Shown: positions 1 to 12,164, counted from the whole stretch's first letter. The stretch: 63,486 nt of DNA, filler included, from Octopus bimaculoides (GCF_001194135.2; 7 parts of 7 records of this genome joined end to end with filler, not necessarily neighbours in it), one strand, 5' to 3'. The notes: generated by a model not told the origin, from the sequence alone. Program-made: numbers and translations.

Positions 1-330
1 TGTGTGTGTGTATGCGTGCGTTCTTGTTTTTGTGGATGTGCTTGTATGAAATTGTGTATGTATTCGTGTATGTCCATCTGTGTGTTTGTGTGTTTATGCA
101 TAATTTCCTTTCAGAAAAAAGTATGAATAATCTTATTTCAAGGTTTCATTTGTCACTAAATACTCAGAGATATGACATTTGTATATGTTTATTCGAAATA
201 CCTCATCCTTCACTTTCTTTATCTCTCTCCCTTCCCTCCCTCTCACTCTTTCTCTCTCTCACTGTCCGTCTCTCTGTCTCTGTCTGCCTGTTTCTCTCTC
301 TCTCTCTCACTCACTCATTCACTCACTATT
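1..330. repeat. Degenerate GT, CT and TCAC simple-repeat region
   Basis: Visible (GT)n-like then (CT)n/(TCAC)n tracts; the ORFs here are repeat translations. Confidence 0.8.
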
Positions 331-685
331 TTTGTCTATATCAATCTATATTTTATTAATTCAATCACAGACAAATGCTATTAGGCGAGTCGTTAAGATG
401 TCAACCAAAATAGCCTTTGATAACTGGATTTCTTCCATCACAAGACATGTGAAGTTTCAACGAGAAAAGTACTTCACATACAGGGGCTCAGTCTTTCTAT
501 CTTTTCGAACACTAACAGTTTAGAATTCCCGATGTTATGCATATTCTTCAATCTACGAGTACTTCTTACTTCTCCTTTAACTGAATCGTCCAAACTAAGC
601 AGTTCATTGACGGTTTGTTCTGTGTCAGAATCAAGCAGATAAAAAGTATAAACAGGAGAGATGTGTTTTAGCGCATGATGTAAAA

Positions 686-790
686 CAGTGGTTCTTAATC
701 TGGGAGGTCTTTACCCTTGGGTGGGGGGTTGTTTGGGGTTTCTCGGGGTTCACGGCGGTTTTGGGAGACAGTAATTCATTTCATGCATTT
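686..790. mobile_element. Possible hAT (Charlie-like) MITE left end
   Basis: CAGTGGTTCTTAATC resembles the CAGTGGTTCTCAACC terminus at 27374-27388; partner terminus not found. Confidence 0.35.
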
Positions 791-992
791 GAGGTATTGC
801 ATTGAAACGTTAGAGTGCATGATTCAACTTTACCAGAAAGGACTTCAGGACGGTGACACAACTTTCCTCCTTCAGATAACAACTATATTGAATACATTTC
901 TATATTTAAGAGATGAGGAATTATGTACATTATTTACGTTATTTACATTAATTACATTTGACGGATATTTGTCCTCATCTTCGTTGTTGTTA

Positions 993-1036
993 ACGCAACG
1001 TTTCGGCTGATATACCCTCCAGCCCTCATCAGGTGT
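993..1036 (-). ncRNA. Minimal type I hammerhead ribozyme motif (PLE-type)
   Basis: Minus strand ACAC-CUGAUGA-G-GGCUG(GAGGGUAUAU)CAGCC-GAAA-C-GU-U-GCGU: intact core, 5-bp stem II, palindromic ACGU stem III, stem I with one mismatch. Lies between 23-bp perfect inverted repeats (952-974, 1057-1079). Confidence 0.7.
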
Positions 1037-2490
1037 CTTGGGGAAATTTCGAACCTGGACAAATATCCGTCAAATGTAAATCATGTAAATAATGAACTAT
1101 ATTGGATTCTATACCAGAAGCTATTTTCAGTTTCCGTGAAGAGATCTCAGCTGAACTTCTGGCAATGACGTCATCGAAGGTTATCTGAAGTGACACAGCT
1201 TGCACTGATTGATGCAACACAAAATGCACAATATCGTATCCCTATGGGAGAGCTACAGGCTGGGTCGAAACGAAATACTAAATCCATCTCCCTTTTCCTT
1301 CATCAGTTATAAACTCAACAATCACTACGAATTTCCTAACGTAGATCCAGTGGAAATTATATCGTAACCCAAACGGTGAATGTGCTTTAATCGACATACT
1401 AATAGACATAGTAGCTATATATATATATATGCGAGTAAAAATAAATACAAAAAAATGGGGGTTTTGTATGATTGTGTATAGAGGAATATATTATTTTGTT
1501 TAAAAGAGTACCAACACTGTCTGATTTTTATGTTTTATTTATATTCCTGCAAAACCAATGTGGGATAGAATATGGAATATACAATATATAATATAATATA
1601 CAATATATAATATAAAATAAAAATGGATGGTACAATGAAGTAAAGTATTGAATGTCTTATTGAATATATGGAATATGTCTCATTGAATAGATGAAATATT
1701 GAGTGTTCAATATAAAGGATCACATATATAAAGGCGAATACGTATTTTCTATACCTTGTGGTATTNNNNNNNNNNNNNNNNNNNNNNNNNNNNNNNNNNN
1801 NNNNNNNNNNNNNNNNNNNNNNNNNNNNNNNNNNNNNNNNNNNNNNNNNNNNNNNNNNNNNNNNNNNNNNNNNNNNNNNNNNNNNNNNNNNNNNNNNNNN
1901 NNNNNNNNNNNNNNNNNNNNNNNNNNNNNNNNNNNNNNNNNNNNNNNNNNNNNNNNNNNNNNNNNNNNNNNNNNNNNNNNNNNNNNNNNNNNNNNNNNNN
2001 NNNNNNNNNNNNNNNNNNNNNNNNNNNNNNNNNNNNNNNNNNNNNNNNNNNNNNNNNNNNNNNNNNNNNNNNNNNNNNNNNNNNNNNNNNNNNNNNNNNN
2101 NNNNNNNNNNNNNNNNNNNNNNNNNNNNNNNNNNNNNNNNNNNNNNNNNNNNNNNNNNNNNNNNNNNNNNNNNNNNNNNNNNNNNNNNNNNNNNNNNNNN
2201 NNNNNNNNNNNNNNNNNNNNNNNNNNNNNNNNNNNNNNNNNNNNNNNNNNNNNNNNNNNNNNNNNNNNNNNNNNNNNNNNNNNNNNNNNNNNNNNNNNNN
2301 NNNNNNNNNNNNNNNNNNNNNNNNNNNNNNNNNNNNNNNNNNNNNNNNNNNNNNNNNNNNNNNNNNNNNNNNNNNNNNNNNNNNNNNNNNNNNNNNNNNN
2401 NNNNNNNNNNNNNNNNNNNNNNNNNNNNNNNNNNNNNNNNNNNNNNNNNNNNNNNNNNNNNNNNNNNNNNNNNNNNNNNNNNNNNNNNNN

Positions 2491-2504
2491 TTATTATTAT
2501 TATA

Positions 2505-2573
<69 letters not shown>
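2491..2573. repeat. (TTA)n microsatellite; a second array at about 2791-2893
   Basis: Direct reading. Confidence 0.95.
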
Positions 2574-2790
2574 GTTCAGTAGTTTTATTTTTATAACGTG
2601 CTTTCACTTCACTACCGAGCGCAGCTCTGTGTGCCTTGGGTATGTGCTGTGGTTTGCTGTGATGCTCTTATGTTTACCGTATTGAAAGTGTTTTGCGTAG
2701 GTATGTGTGCAGTGCCCAGTAGTGCAATTTTCTGTATGTTATATATATTTGTAAGTCCTGGTGTTTTTGTTATGTATTTGTCTGAATATT
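2574..2790 (-). mobile_element. R4/Dong-like RLE LINE, 3' end fragment
   Basis: Minus translation KTPGLTNIYNIQKIALLGTAHI matches the C-terminal IQK..LLGTAHI pattern of R4/Dong LINEs; followed by a 3' UTR and (TAA)n, with (TAA)n also at the 5' side. Confidence 0.7.
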
Positions 2791-2811
2791 TTATTATTAT
2801 TATTATTATTA

Positions 2812-2890
<79 letters not shown>

Positions 2891-3181
2891 TATGTATTTA
2901 TACTTACGTATATATATATGCATACATACATAGGCATACATATACGAACTTAGATTTATACACAAATAAATAATAACTAACTAAATGAATACATAAATGA
3001 AAAAAATATACCAGGATCCAAAGCCAGAAACTTTAGCAAGACATCTGTCAGAAACACACAGAATTGACCGAAATGATAATCGCCTTACTTAAAATAGGAT
3101 CAACAGAACGGAGATACGGAACGTTAAATTTACAGCATTATAGATAGATGATGTATATGTATATGTATATATATATATATG

Positions 3182-3218
<37 letters not shown>

Positions 3219-3236
3219 ACCGGTTACATTACAAAT

Positions 3237-3292
3237 CAGGCTGAAGAGAAATAGAGAGTCGGCAAGATTGTTAATTTTGAAACTGGTCCCTG
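3237..3292 (+). ncRNA. Minimal type I hammerhead ribozyme motif
   Basis: CAGG-CUGAAGA-GAAAU(21-nt loop)AUUUU-GAAA-CUGGU-C-CCUG: canonical core, 4-bp stem I, GUC cleavage triplet (cut after 3288). Confidence 0.7.
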
Positions 3293-5090
3293 TTTAATAA
3301 TGATTTTTTTCGGTGATTTTAAATGTCTTGCCCGCTTACGTTTTGGTATTCCGCTATATTTCATGTTGAGAACAATTTAGGTCTTAATAGACACAAGATG
3401 TGATCTATTTCTAGCACATTGAATGTCCACGTTAGTGGTCAACGTTATATATAAAAATGTACTTTAATCCCCTGAGATTGCAGATACTGTTTCTGAATCT
3501 CTTTGATTCTTTAAATGTGCTAGCTTCCTGGTAATTAATCGATATTAATTAATATATGATTTTTTACCCTATTTTTNNNNNNNNNNNNNNNNNNNNNNNN
3601 NNNNNNNNNNNNNNNNNNNNNNNNNNNNNNNNNNNNNNNNNNNNNNNNNNNNNNNNNNNNNNNNNNNNNNNNNNNNNNNNNNNNNNNNNNNNNNNNNNNN
3701 NNNNNNNNNNNNNNNNNNNNNNNNNNNNNNNNNNNNNTATATATATATATATTTATAAATATATATACACACACATATATACATGGTTATATAGATAGAT
3801 ACATATAAGTATAGAGTGTTTACGTAATAAGCTGCGATGGACGAGATTCAAGCAGCAAACAGCCGTGTTCCATGTCTAAAATATCAAAACAATGACATCT
3901 TTCTTACAGATTCGATGAGTTTGCGTCAATGTAAGATATTCCACCAAATTCTTCATTTTTACCCCCTGCCACGGGATATACATCAATGTTTCTGTCTGCA
4001 TGTGTGTTTGATTGTTTGTTTGTGTGTGTGTGTGTATGTGTGTGTATGTGTGTGTGTGTGTGTGTGTGTGCATGTGCGTATGTTTAACGTATGTGTAAGT
4101 TATAAATGGACACAAAATATTTGACCTGGTACAGGCTCAACAGAGAGAACATTGTCTAGTCACTTTCGTAGTAGACTGGTTCTGTCTCATAGCATATAGG
4201 CACACATACTAACACACACCCATTAACGCAATGAGTCGAGGTACACACATGTAATCATTATGAACATCACTTGTGCTTTCTGTCTCACTAAACATACACA
4301 CACACATTCATATGTATGACTCCGAGTGTGTACAAACACATATACATACATGTTTGCACATATACATACAAAAGGCGTGTTTTAGAACGTGTATATCTAA
4401 ATTAAGAAACTATCATTAGCTCTTATCTTCATATCGTGTACTTTTTTTTTTTTGTTGATCTTACCTATTTCTCTGTTATTTTGGTGCTTTGCGGTGGTTT
4501 AAGACCTTGGGTCTTATTTGTAGCAGGTTGATGCTTTTCTGCATCCTTATGCTTCGTGCTAATTTGTATATTTTAGCTTAATAATGCTATTTGCCTGCGA
4601 ACCACCTATGTTACTACTGTTGATACCATCAATTTTAAATTTTACCCGCTGATGATATTAACAGTAGTGACATCTTATTTCAAACCTTAGTGTTTGAATG
4701 TTTTGTCGATATGTGTGTGTGTGTGTGTGTGTATTTCCCCCTTTGTTTACAATTAACACGGAAAAAATAAATAAACAGTCACCAGGGTAGCAACAAATCA
4801 CACAAGTAAAAAGGGCGTAACACCTCCTTTACTCCTCCTCTTTCTATAGGCTACCTTTGACGTTATAGCCTCTAAGGCTTTTTTTTAAAAAACTTAATAG
4901 TATTCAGTTCATCACTATACATATCCATCATATTCTGTTAAAATGTTTTATTGACGAGTTTTATTTCTTCATTTCCCTGAACAGAAAATTACATTGTTGT
5001 ACACCATTTTATTCCTTTGGAATAATACCAATGATATCTTCGAAACATGTGTCGGAAGTAAAAGAATTTGAATAACACCTGCGTTTAACT

Positions 5091-5141
<51 letters not shown>

Positions 5142-5160
5142 NNNNNNNNNNNNNNATATA

Positions 5161-5680
5161 CACGGTGTCCCAAAAGTCACTGATGAGTTTCAATTTTCAA
5201 TAACTTCCTTAACTTTATAAATTTCGATACAATATAAAGGACATAATGGAAATTAATATGCACAAGTCAAATTTTGCAACACCACTACATCACATATGAA
5301 AGATGACCATCACTTAAGTGGCAGCCATTTTCGGCTTCGCACGCCCGTGCTCTTTCCAAAACTTGCATCATAACATCCTCAAGAGTTTCAGACCCCACTT
5401 CCCTGATTTCTCTATTGATGCTCTTCACTTGCACCAGTGTCTCCGGTTTGTTGACGTAAACTCTCTCTTTCATGTATCCCCACAAGAAAAAATCCGGGCT
5501 AGCCAAGTTTGGAGAACGTGAAGGCCAGTTGACATTGCCATTTCGGGAGATTAATCACTCTCTAAAGCACTGCTGTAGCAGCTGCCTTGTTTCTCTTGCG
5601 GTATGAGAAGTTGCTCAATCTTGCTGGAATCATGTATGAGGTCAACTTTGAATGGCCGGGAGCAAAAAGATCTCAATCAT
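5161..5680 (-). mobile_element. Tc1/mariner (IS630-Tc1) transposase 3' fragment with terminus
   Basis: Minus translation NWPSRSPNLASPDFFLWGYMKERVYVNKPETL matches the WP.RSPDL.P.DFFLWG motif; TA followed by CACGGTGTCCCAAAA TIR-like end at 5161. Confidence 0.85.
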
Positions 5681-5798
5681 GGATACCCGAAAAAAGGGTT
5701 TACGTCAACAAACCAGAGACCCTGGTACAACTGAAGGAGAACATCAATAAAGAAATCAGAGAAGTAGGTCTGAAACTCTTGAGGGTGTTATGATGCAA
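5680..5798 (+). mobile_element. Inverted duplicate of the Tc1/mariner C-terminal segment
   Basis: Reverse-complement match to 5363-5479 (KRVYVNKPETLVQLKENINKEIREVG). Confidence 0.8.
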
Positions 5799-6019
5799 TA
5801 TACATATGTAAATATCCAAATATTATTATATTATTATATTTTTATTTCATTATTTTTCTTTTGCTTGCCTACAATAAAGTATGTTATTCTCGGAGATTTT
5901 AAGGTAATAAAAAAGACTTGAGCGTCTATTTCTTACGGTGCGTGGTGAGGCATAAAGCCGACCTCTTGTGATGATTATGTATATAATAATAAAATACATA
6001 TGTAAATATGTATGTGTGG

Positions 6020-6070
<51 letters not shown>

Positions 6071-6135
6071 TATGCAAATAAATATATGTATATGTGTATA
6101 TATGTGTGTGTACGAATATATGTCACAATTTAGCT

Positions 6136-6240
6136 TGTTTCTAGATTTCTTTTGAATGGAGAAAGAATCGGTTTCTAACCTAGATTCAAGACTCCTTCAT
6201 TGAAATTTTAAACAAACTCAACAGTGTATTTGTGTATGCT
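6136..6240 (+). repeat. Short dispersed repeat, second copy at 32826-32921
   Basis: Shared AGAGAAAGAA(T/C)CGGTTTCTAACCTAGAT(T/C)CAAG core; both copies sit next to microsatellites. Confidence 0.7.
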
Positions 6241-6833
6241 TGTGTGTATTTGTACAATATTTGCAGTCAGTGCATGAGTAGATTTGTATGCTTTGTTTTT
6301 ATATGTATTCTCATGCATATAGTTGCATATTTAGACATTCGCATATGTACTTAAATGCTAAACCTTTGAAAAGTTCTACTTATTTTGACAGCCCCACTGA
6401 TGACTAGTATCTCTAACCTTCTAAATAGCGTTCTCTTTTCTGGTTCTGAAAACCCTAATTTCTGAAGATTGGTGCTGGGACAATTTGTTACATATTCTAG
6501 TACTCCAATAACTTCAAATAAACATCTGAACTAGTAATCCGGGTAGAGTTGCAGTAAATTTCTCGACAATTCAGCGTAGGTGTTTTCTTTTTCACTGATC
6601 TTTCTTTATCGCTTTTTCTCTCTATGTTGTCAACCTCTAGTCAACTGAATTCCACTAGTGTACATAATATCTCTTCTCTGTACCAAATTATTATGTGTAT
6701 TACGTTTGCATTTTACTGAGGTTTTCACTGAGACATTCCATCAGTACTCTTTCATATTATGAATGGTTATGGTCTCTACCACACTATGTGTTCTTATCTG
6801 TTTGGCCTCAGGATTATCCTTCCCACGGATCTC

Positions 6834-7495
6834 GGATCCTGTTCAAAACGGGGGCACCAGTTTTCATTTATGTTTTATGTAGTCTTTTTGGTACCGAAAG
6901 ACTTTCAAACTTCGTATACTTATCTATTTTGTGTTATAGAACAGAAAAAAAATTTTTGTATTCGGATTTATTTCATGTAAAAAATTGTCTTATTTCGATA
7001 ATTTCAACCAATCACTGACAAGTATTCAGCTGTTTACAGTTACTCTTAAGCGGTGTAAAGCGTATTTAATCTCCATTACTTCTGACATTTTGCAGAGGCA
7101 ACACACGTGTGTTCGTTTTCCCTAACCCTAACCCTAACCCTAACCCTAATTGACTAGCTCCTTCCCTCAAAAACCATGCCTTGTGCCTATAATAGAAAGG
7201 TTTATTAGCTACTGCCAATATGCTTCAGCCATTTTTTGACAAGGAAATAATAATTTTATCACCGCCGCGATTTGTTTATGTAGTCAGCACTTAATTTTTA
7301 CGGCTGAATGGACGTCAGTCATTGGTTGAAATTACATAAATACAACAACTTTAACATGAAATAACTTGCGATGTAGATTTTTTTGTTAAGAAGACTAAGA
7401 GAAAAAGATGTTTTATATGACACATTCTACCAGTGTCCCAAGTTTCAAAGTGTTTCGTTAAGAAAATACTGGTGCCTCCGTTTTGAACAAGATCC
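6834..7495. mobile_element. Non-autonomous TIR element, Merlin-like (GG termini, 8-bp TSD)
   Basis: 28-bp TIRs GGATC(C/T)TGTTCAAAACGG(G/A)GGCACCAGT (26/28 identical); exact TSD CGGATCTC at 6826-6833 and 7496-7503. Superfamily is inferred. Confidence 0.8.
7120..7149. repeat. Interstitial telomeric repeat (CCCTAA)5
   Basis: Five perfect CCCTAA units inside the TIR element. Confidence 0.95.
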
Positions 7496-8353
7496 CGGAT
7501 CTCATTGTACAGTGTCTTGGCTATTAGATCATGTGTCATCGGTTGATAATAGTGCGGTACTTTCGAACAGCTGCTTATGATGTGTGTGATATCTTCGGTG
7601 TTAACTCCACAACGTCTACATCGGTTACTATATTTTACTGTTTTACTTCCTGAGTCTCTATCCTTCTTGTGCATGAGGAATTTGATTGCTATTTCCTGTT
7701 CCTGAATTGTCAACGCATACCCTTCAAAGTAAAAGTTGGCGATCCGGTCGTTGGTCCATGATAGGCTGCTTTGCATGTATGTATGTATGTCTTATCTCAC
7801 ACATCTTGGAATTCTAACCTCACCTTTGGAACTATACTCGCAGATTCAACCTTACTTCTTAGAATTCTCCCGCACTACTATCGGATTACACTAGATATCA
7901 TTATTTTCGGTTTTCAACGCTCCACTTTCTTACAACCTTAACCACTTCTTTTCCATTTCTCCTGGACTTGTTCTTCATCTCCACCAACGTACTTATTCTC
8001 CAATTCCTCCTATCTTTTTTTTTTTTGCTTCATCTATATTTTTCTGTTTTTATCTGTCTAAATATTCGCACACTAGTTATAGTCTTACTGTTAACTAATG
8101 CATTACTCAATCAATAGATTATTAGTTTTACATTACTTTTTTTCCTCAAACTCCCGCAGCCTGTTCAATGATTTCCCACTCTGTAACTGATATTCTTTCC
8201 TTTTTATCTTTGCTATCTTGTAGATGCTAGCTGTTGGGAGTTATGTCATTGAAAAGGTAACACTGTATGATGAAAAACTTAAAGCTAACAATGAAACTGA
8301 AGTGAACTACAACTGGTGCATATGTCTACTGCAAAATGAACCTCCCAGAATAG

Positions 8354-8354
<1 letters not shown>

Positions 8355-8424
<70 letters not shown>
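8355..8424. repeat. (CA)n microsatellite
   Basis: Direct reading. Confidence 0.95.
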
Positions 8425-8429
<5 letters not shown>

Positions 8430-8689
8430 TATCTGGAAGAGTGAAAGAGAGAAAGCATATGCATGTGTCACGGAGAAAATGAGATTAAATATTCGCCCAT
8501 ATGAAAGTAGGAGGTGACGGTAGAGGAGGCTGCGCATGAAAATGTGTATTGAATTGTTGAATTGTTTGTTTTTCCCCTCTATATCCCTGCAATGATAACA
8601 GTTTTGTATACTTTGATTAAATGTTAACTCAAGTAGGTTAAAGTTGACAGATATTAGATATATATATAGCAACCCATTAATCAAACTAC

Positions 8690-8820
8690 CACTACAATTG
8701 CCGCTGCTGTTTCTGCCTCTACTACTACTACTACTACTACTACTATCATTACCATCACCAGCACCACAACCACCACCACCACCACCACCACCGCCACCGC
8801 TGCCGCTGCCTCTGCTGCTG

Positions 8821-8861
<41 letters not shown>

Positions 8862-8920
8862 GTTGTTGTTGTTGTTGTTGTTGTTGTTACTAATGTTGCT
8901 ACTGTCGCTGCTGCTGCAAC
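8690..8920. repeat. Compound trinucleotide array (CTA/CCA/CTG/TTG)
   Basis: Direct reading; source of the poly-L/poly-P pseudo-ORF. Confidence 0.9.
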
Positions 8921-9309
8921 GGTTCGTTGTTGAACTGCTCCAACAGATTAGAAAACTTTAAATTCACAAACAAAAGTATATATAGATAAATATTAAAATA
9001 AAATAGCAACTCAACAATGAACACTTGTTGTTAACAGCAATATTGATAAACATTTTATTTTTATCTCAGTCAATTCATAAAAATCAACGTTAAGTCTTGG
9101 TTACATCGTATTATAAAATATAAGCGATAATGTCTAACAGAGATAAGGACTCACATTTTGAGAGCAAAAAACAGTCTATTAAATTCACCACAGTACTTGA
9201 CTGCAACATATTTTATAAACCTTGGCAAGTTACAGTGCAAGGTTAAACAAAGCTTAACTAAATAGCGCGAAACATTGTCCAGCACTTTACAGTTCTAAAA
9301 ATGGTATTC

Positions 9310-9710
9310 GTACAAGGCTAGTAATTACAAAGAAGGCGGATGATTACATCGACCCAGTGCTCAACTGGCACTTATTTTGTCGACCCTTAAATAGATGTAA
9401 GGCAAAGTCGACCTCGGCGGAATTTGAACACAGAACGTAAAGACGGACGAAATGATGCTAAGCATTTTTCTCGGCGTACTAAAGTCCTATATATTGGTTT
9501 CAAATTTTGGCTCAAAGCCAGCAAGTTCGAGGGATGGTGCTAGTCGATTACATTGAACCTAGAACTTAACTGGTACTTGTTTTATGGACCCCGAAAGGAT
9601 GAAAGGCAAAGTCGACCCCACCGGCATTTGAACTATGAAAGTAAAGACTCACGAAATATCGTTAAACATTTTCCACAGTCTACTAACCTCTCTGCCAGTA
9701 CACCATCTTA
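9310..9710 (-). mobile_element. Two adjacent decayed copies of tRNA-derived SINE family C
   Basis: Reverse complements of the family-C central motif GTCGACTTTGCCTTTCATCCTTTCGGGGTC at about 9390-9420 and 9590-9620. Confidence 0.75.
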
Positions 9711-9879
9711 GTCCTGTAAATAATATTAAAAATGTCATAATAAAGCGATAGAAAGAAAAAAAATCTATATGGCGAATACTTGAAAAAAAGAATAAAGGAA
9801 AAGGGTAGAAAGAAACAGGAGCAAAGCCTTCCCTCTAGAAACCAGCATAGATCTGTAGCAAAGAATATATTAAGTAACT

Positions 9880-10600
9880 TCAGAATTTGTGGAGGCTGCG
9901 AAGAAATAATTAATTGTCTCTGTTTTTTTTTCAGGTTTAACTGAGAGAAACTATGTCTATAAGTATGACAGATTTTAAGAATTCATACACTGGAGGCTAC
10001 TCTGTGTTACAAGCTATAAACAGAAATAAGGTAGTTTAAACATATACTAGAGAATCTCTCAGAGGATGACACAAAGACTATACTCTACGAAGAAAATAAC
10101 GAGCAAGAGACCAACTTTCAGTGTAGCTAATACAATGAAACAACTGACCATATTGTTTCTGGTTGCTCAGTACTTGCAAAGTCCGAGAATATCCACAAAT
10201 ATGAGTCGACACGTGAATTGAAAATATGCTGGTATTTCTACCTGAACAGGGATAAAAAGTGGTATAATTATATACCTAACAGAATACATGACCACGACCT
10301 GATCAAGTATTCTGCAATATGCCTCTCCATACTGACAAGAGGATCAGTGACACACCACCCAGATATACTGATAGATATAATTATCAGTGAAAAGAACGAA
10401 ATTCTCTGTACATTTTCAGAACATTCTCAATCACTTCTGATCGCCTGAAATGTGGTGGAGAAAGAAACAAAGTACAAGAATTTTGTTACTGAATCAAGAA
10501 GAGTGAGAGGTATAAAAGTGACAACAGTACAAATAATAATTGAACCATTAAGTATGATAAAAAGATATGAACAAAAACTTATAAAACTCTTGTTTAAAGA
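9880..10600 (+). mobile_element. R4/Dong-like LINE CCHC-RLE remnant
   Basis: ETTDHIVSGCSVLAK, HHPDILID and EKETKYKNF...RRVRGIKVTTVQIII follow the order of R4/Dong knuckle and RLE motifs; many stops. Confidence 0.65.
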
Positions 10601-10719
10601 TTCACAATTTTATACACAATTTTATACAGTTTTATACACAATTTTAAAATAGCGCAGCTAGGCCCAGCTAGGCGCAGCTAACATACTGCGAAAGACATTT
10701 TCGGTCCAATAACAAATTA

Positions 10720-11070
10720 TATAGCACACTCTCTGCAGAACACACAATGCACGTTCTATACAATCACCATCCAATAAAATAGCACAACCTTCTCTACTCA
10801 CTTATTAAATATTTTACGCAATTATCCAATGAAACACTCAAGCATAATCAACGAATAATGTCACAGAATATCCCGCATATTACAAACAACTTTGACAACC
10901 CATATTTTAGACAAGTGTCACACAATACTATAACACCACTTGTGCAACACATACTCAATATAGTTACTAGCAGACACAGATACACAGCGAATCTCATTCA
11001 ACATGTACTAAACGCAATCACCAGCCAACAAAATAACACAGCTCACATTGCACAACATCCACAAAACGAA
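10720..11070 (+). repeat. Cryptic degenerate 54-bp (18-codon) tandem repeat
   Basis: CAACA(C/T) recurs at 10945, 10999 and 11053; ORF 10858-11085 has QH at residues 30, 48, 66 and N at 34, 52, 70. Confidence 0.65.
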
Positions 11071-11808
11071 GAGACGAAACACTAATATAACACTCGAAAC
11101 AACAAAACAAAACTTAAAACAAAGAACAACAAATGTAGCATCTAAATACAACTTCAAAGCCCTTCCAAAAAAAAAAAAAAGAGGAAATACTATACACTCC
11201 TTTGGAATAGGAAGGTGAAGGAGCATCCGGTAGTGCAGCAGAAATGAATCTGTTTAAAACAAGATATCAAGAATAATGTGTCAAAAACTATTTATTTCTT
11301 AATGATACTCATCCCATTAAAATGATATGAGTATTTATATCATTCAACCACGGTAGCGGTTGAATATATTCTTAAGTCCACCATTTCGTCAATCGCAGCA
11401 GCTTCCAAGCTTCACCACTAATTCAGTTCTCAACTAAATTGCAAACTGTTAATAGTTTTATAGAGGTCACCTCCTCAGCTACACTGTCATAAATAGTTTG
11501 AGATTTGGTTCAGTAGAAAAAATGTTACATTAAAATATGTCAGACCACAAGTGGGCAATAAGGCAGATATTCATCTTCAACTAACATAAATTTTTTAATT
11601 TTAAATTAAAACTATAATTTTCTTAAGCTTAAATGATAGAAAAATGCATGAGGAATTCAGAATCGTTAGTCATATTGAACAAAAATTAATAGAAAAACAG
11701 TTATGAGATAAACTGTTACGAAATTTAATGTTAGTAAGTGAGGAAGTAAAAAGTAACGCCTAAGCAATAAGAATAAAGAATGTATTTCTAAAATGAATGC
11801 TTTCTTTC

Positions 11809-11914
11809 TAAGGCGGCGAGCTGGCAGAATCGTTAACTCGCTGGGCGAAATGCTTGTTGGTATTTCTTCTGTCTTTACGCTTTTTGAGTTCAAATTTCAC
11901 CGAGGTCGACTTTG
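11809..11914 (+). mobile_element. SINE family C, 3'-truncated
   Basis: AAGGCGGCGAGCTGGCAGAATCGTTA head, B-box-like GAGTTCAAAT, ends at GTCGACTTTG. Confidence 0.85.
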
Positions 11915-12164
11915 ACGTATAGATTATTTAATTAATTTTTTTTTAAACTAAACACTTTCAAACTTCTGATACTGGGAGAATGCGTCACATAGAACAGAGT
12001 TTACGCTTAACGTTTTCGACAAAATTTTGTATTTTAGAAGTTACTTCGTTAGTAGTTACAGAGTGACAATGGATAAATTCGTGTTTGATAAGTGCCAATA
12101 CACAAAACTCTCAGCTTTTGACTTACTCTCTAACTTCTTCCGATAATATATATATACATATTAC

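Larger units (their letters stand above)
6420..7775 (-). mobile_element. RLE-clade (R4-like) LINE 3' fragment split by a DNA-transposon insertion
   Basis: CCHC knuckle CRRCGVNTEDITHIISSC and HDLIAKTLYNEI (7775-7496) resumes as RGKDNPE...KEY*WN...IGVLEYV...NLQKLGF (6833-6420). Confidence 0.75.

Noticed and set aside
3910-3930. 21-nt plus-strand micro-exon-like segment (CTTACAG ... GTAAGA)
   Set aside because: Isolated, with no compatible neighbour or homology; expected by chance.
9920-10035. Strong polypyrimidine acceptor at 9934
   Set aside because: All three frames hit stops quickly and the segment lies in LINE remnant sequence.
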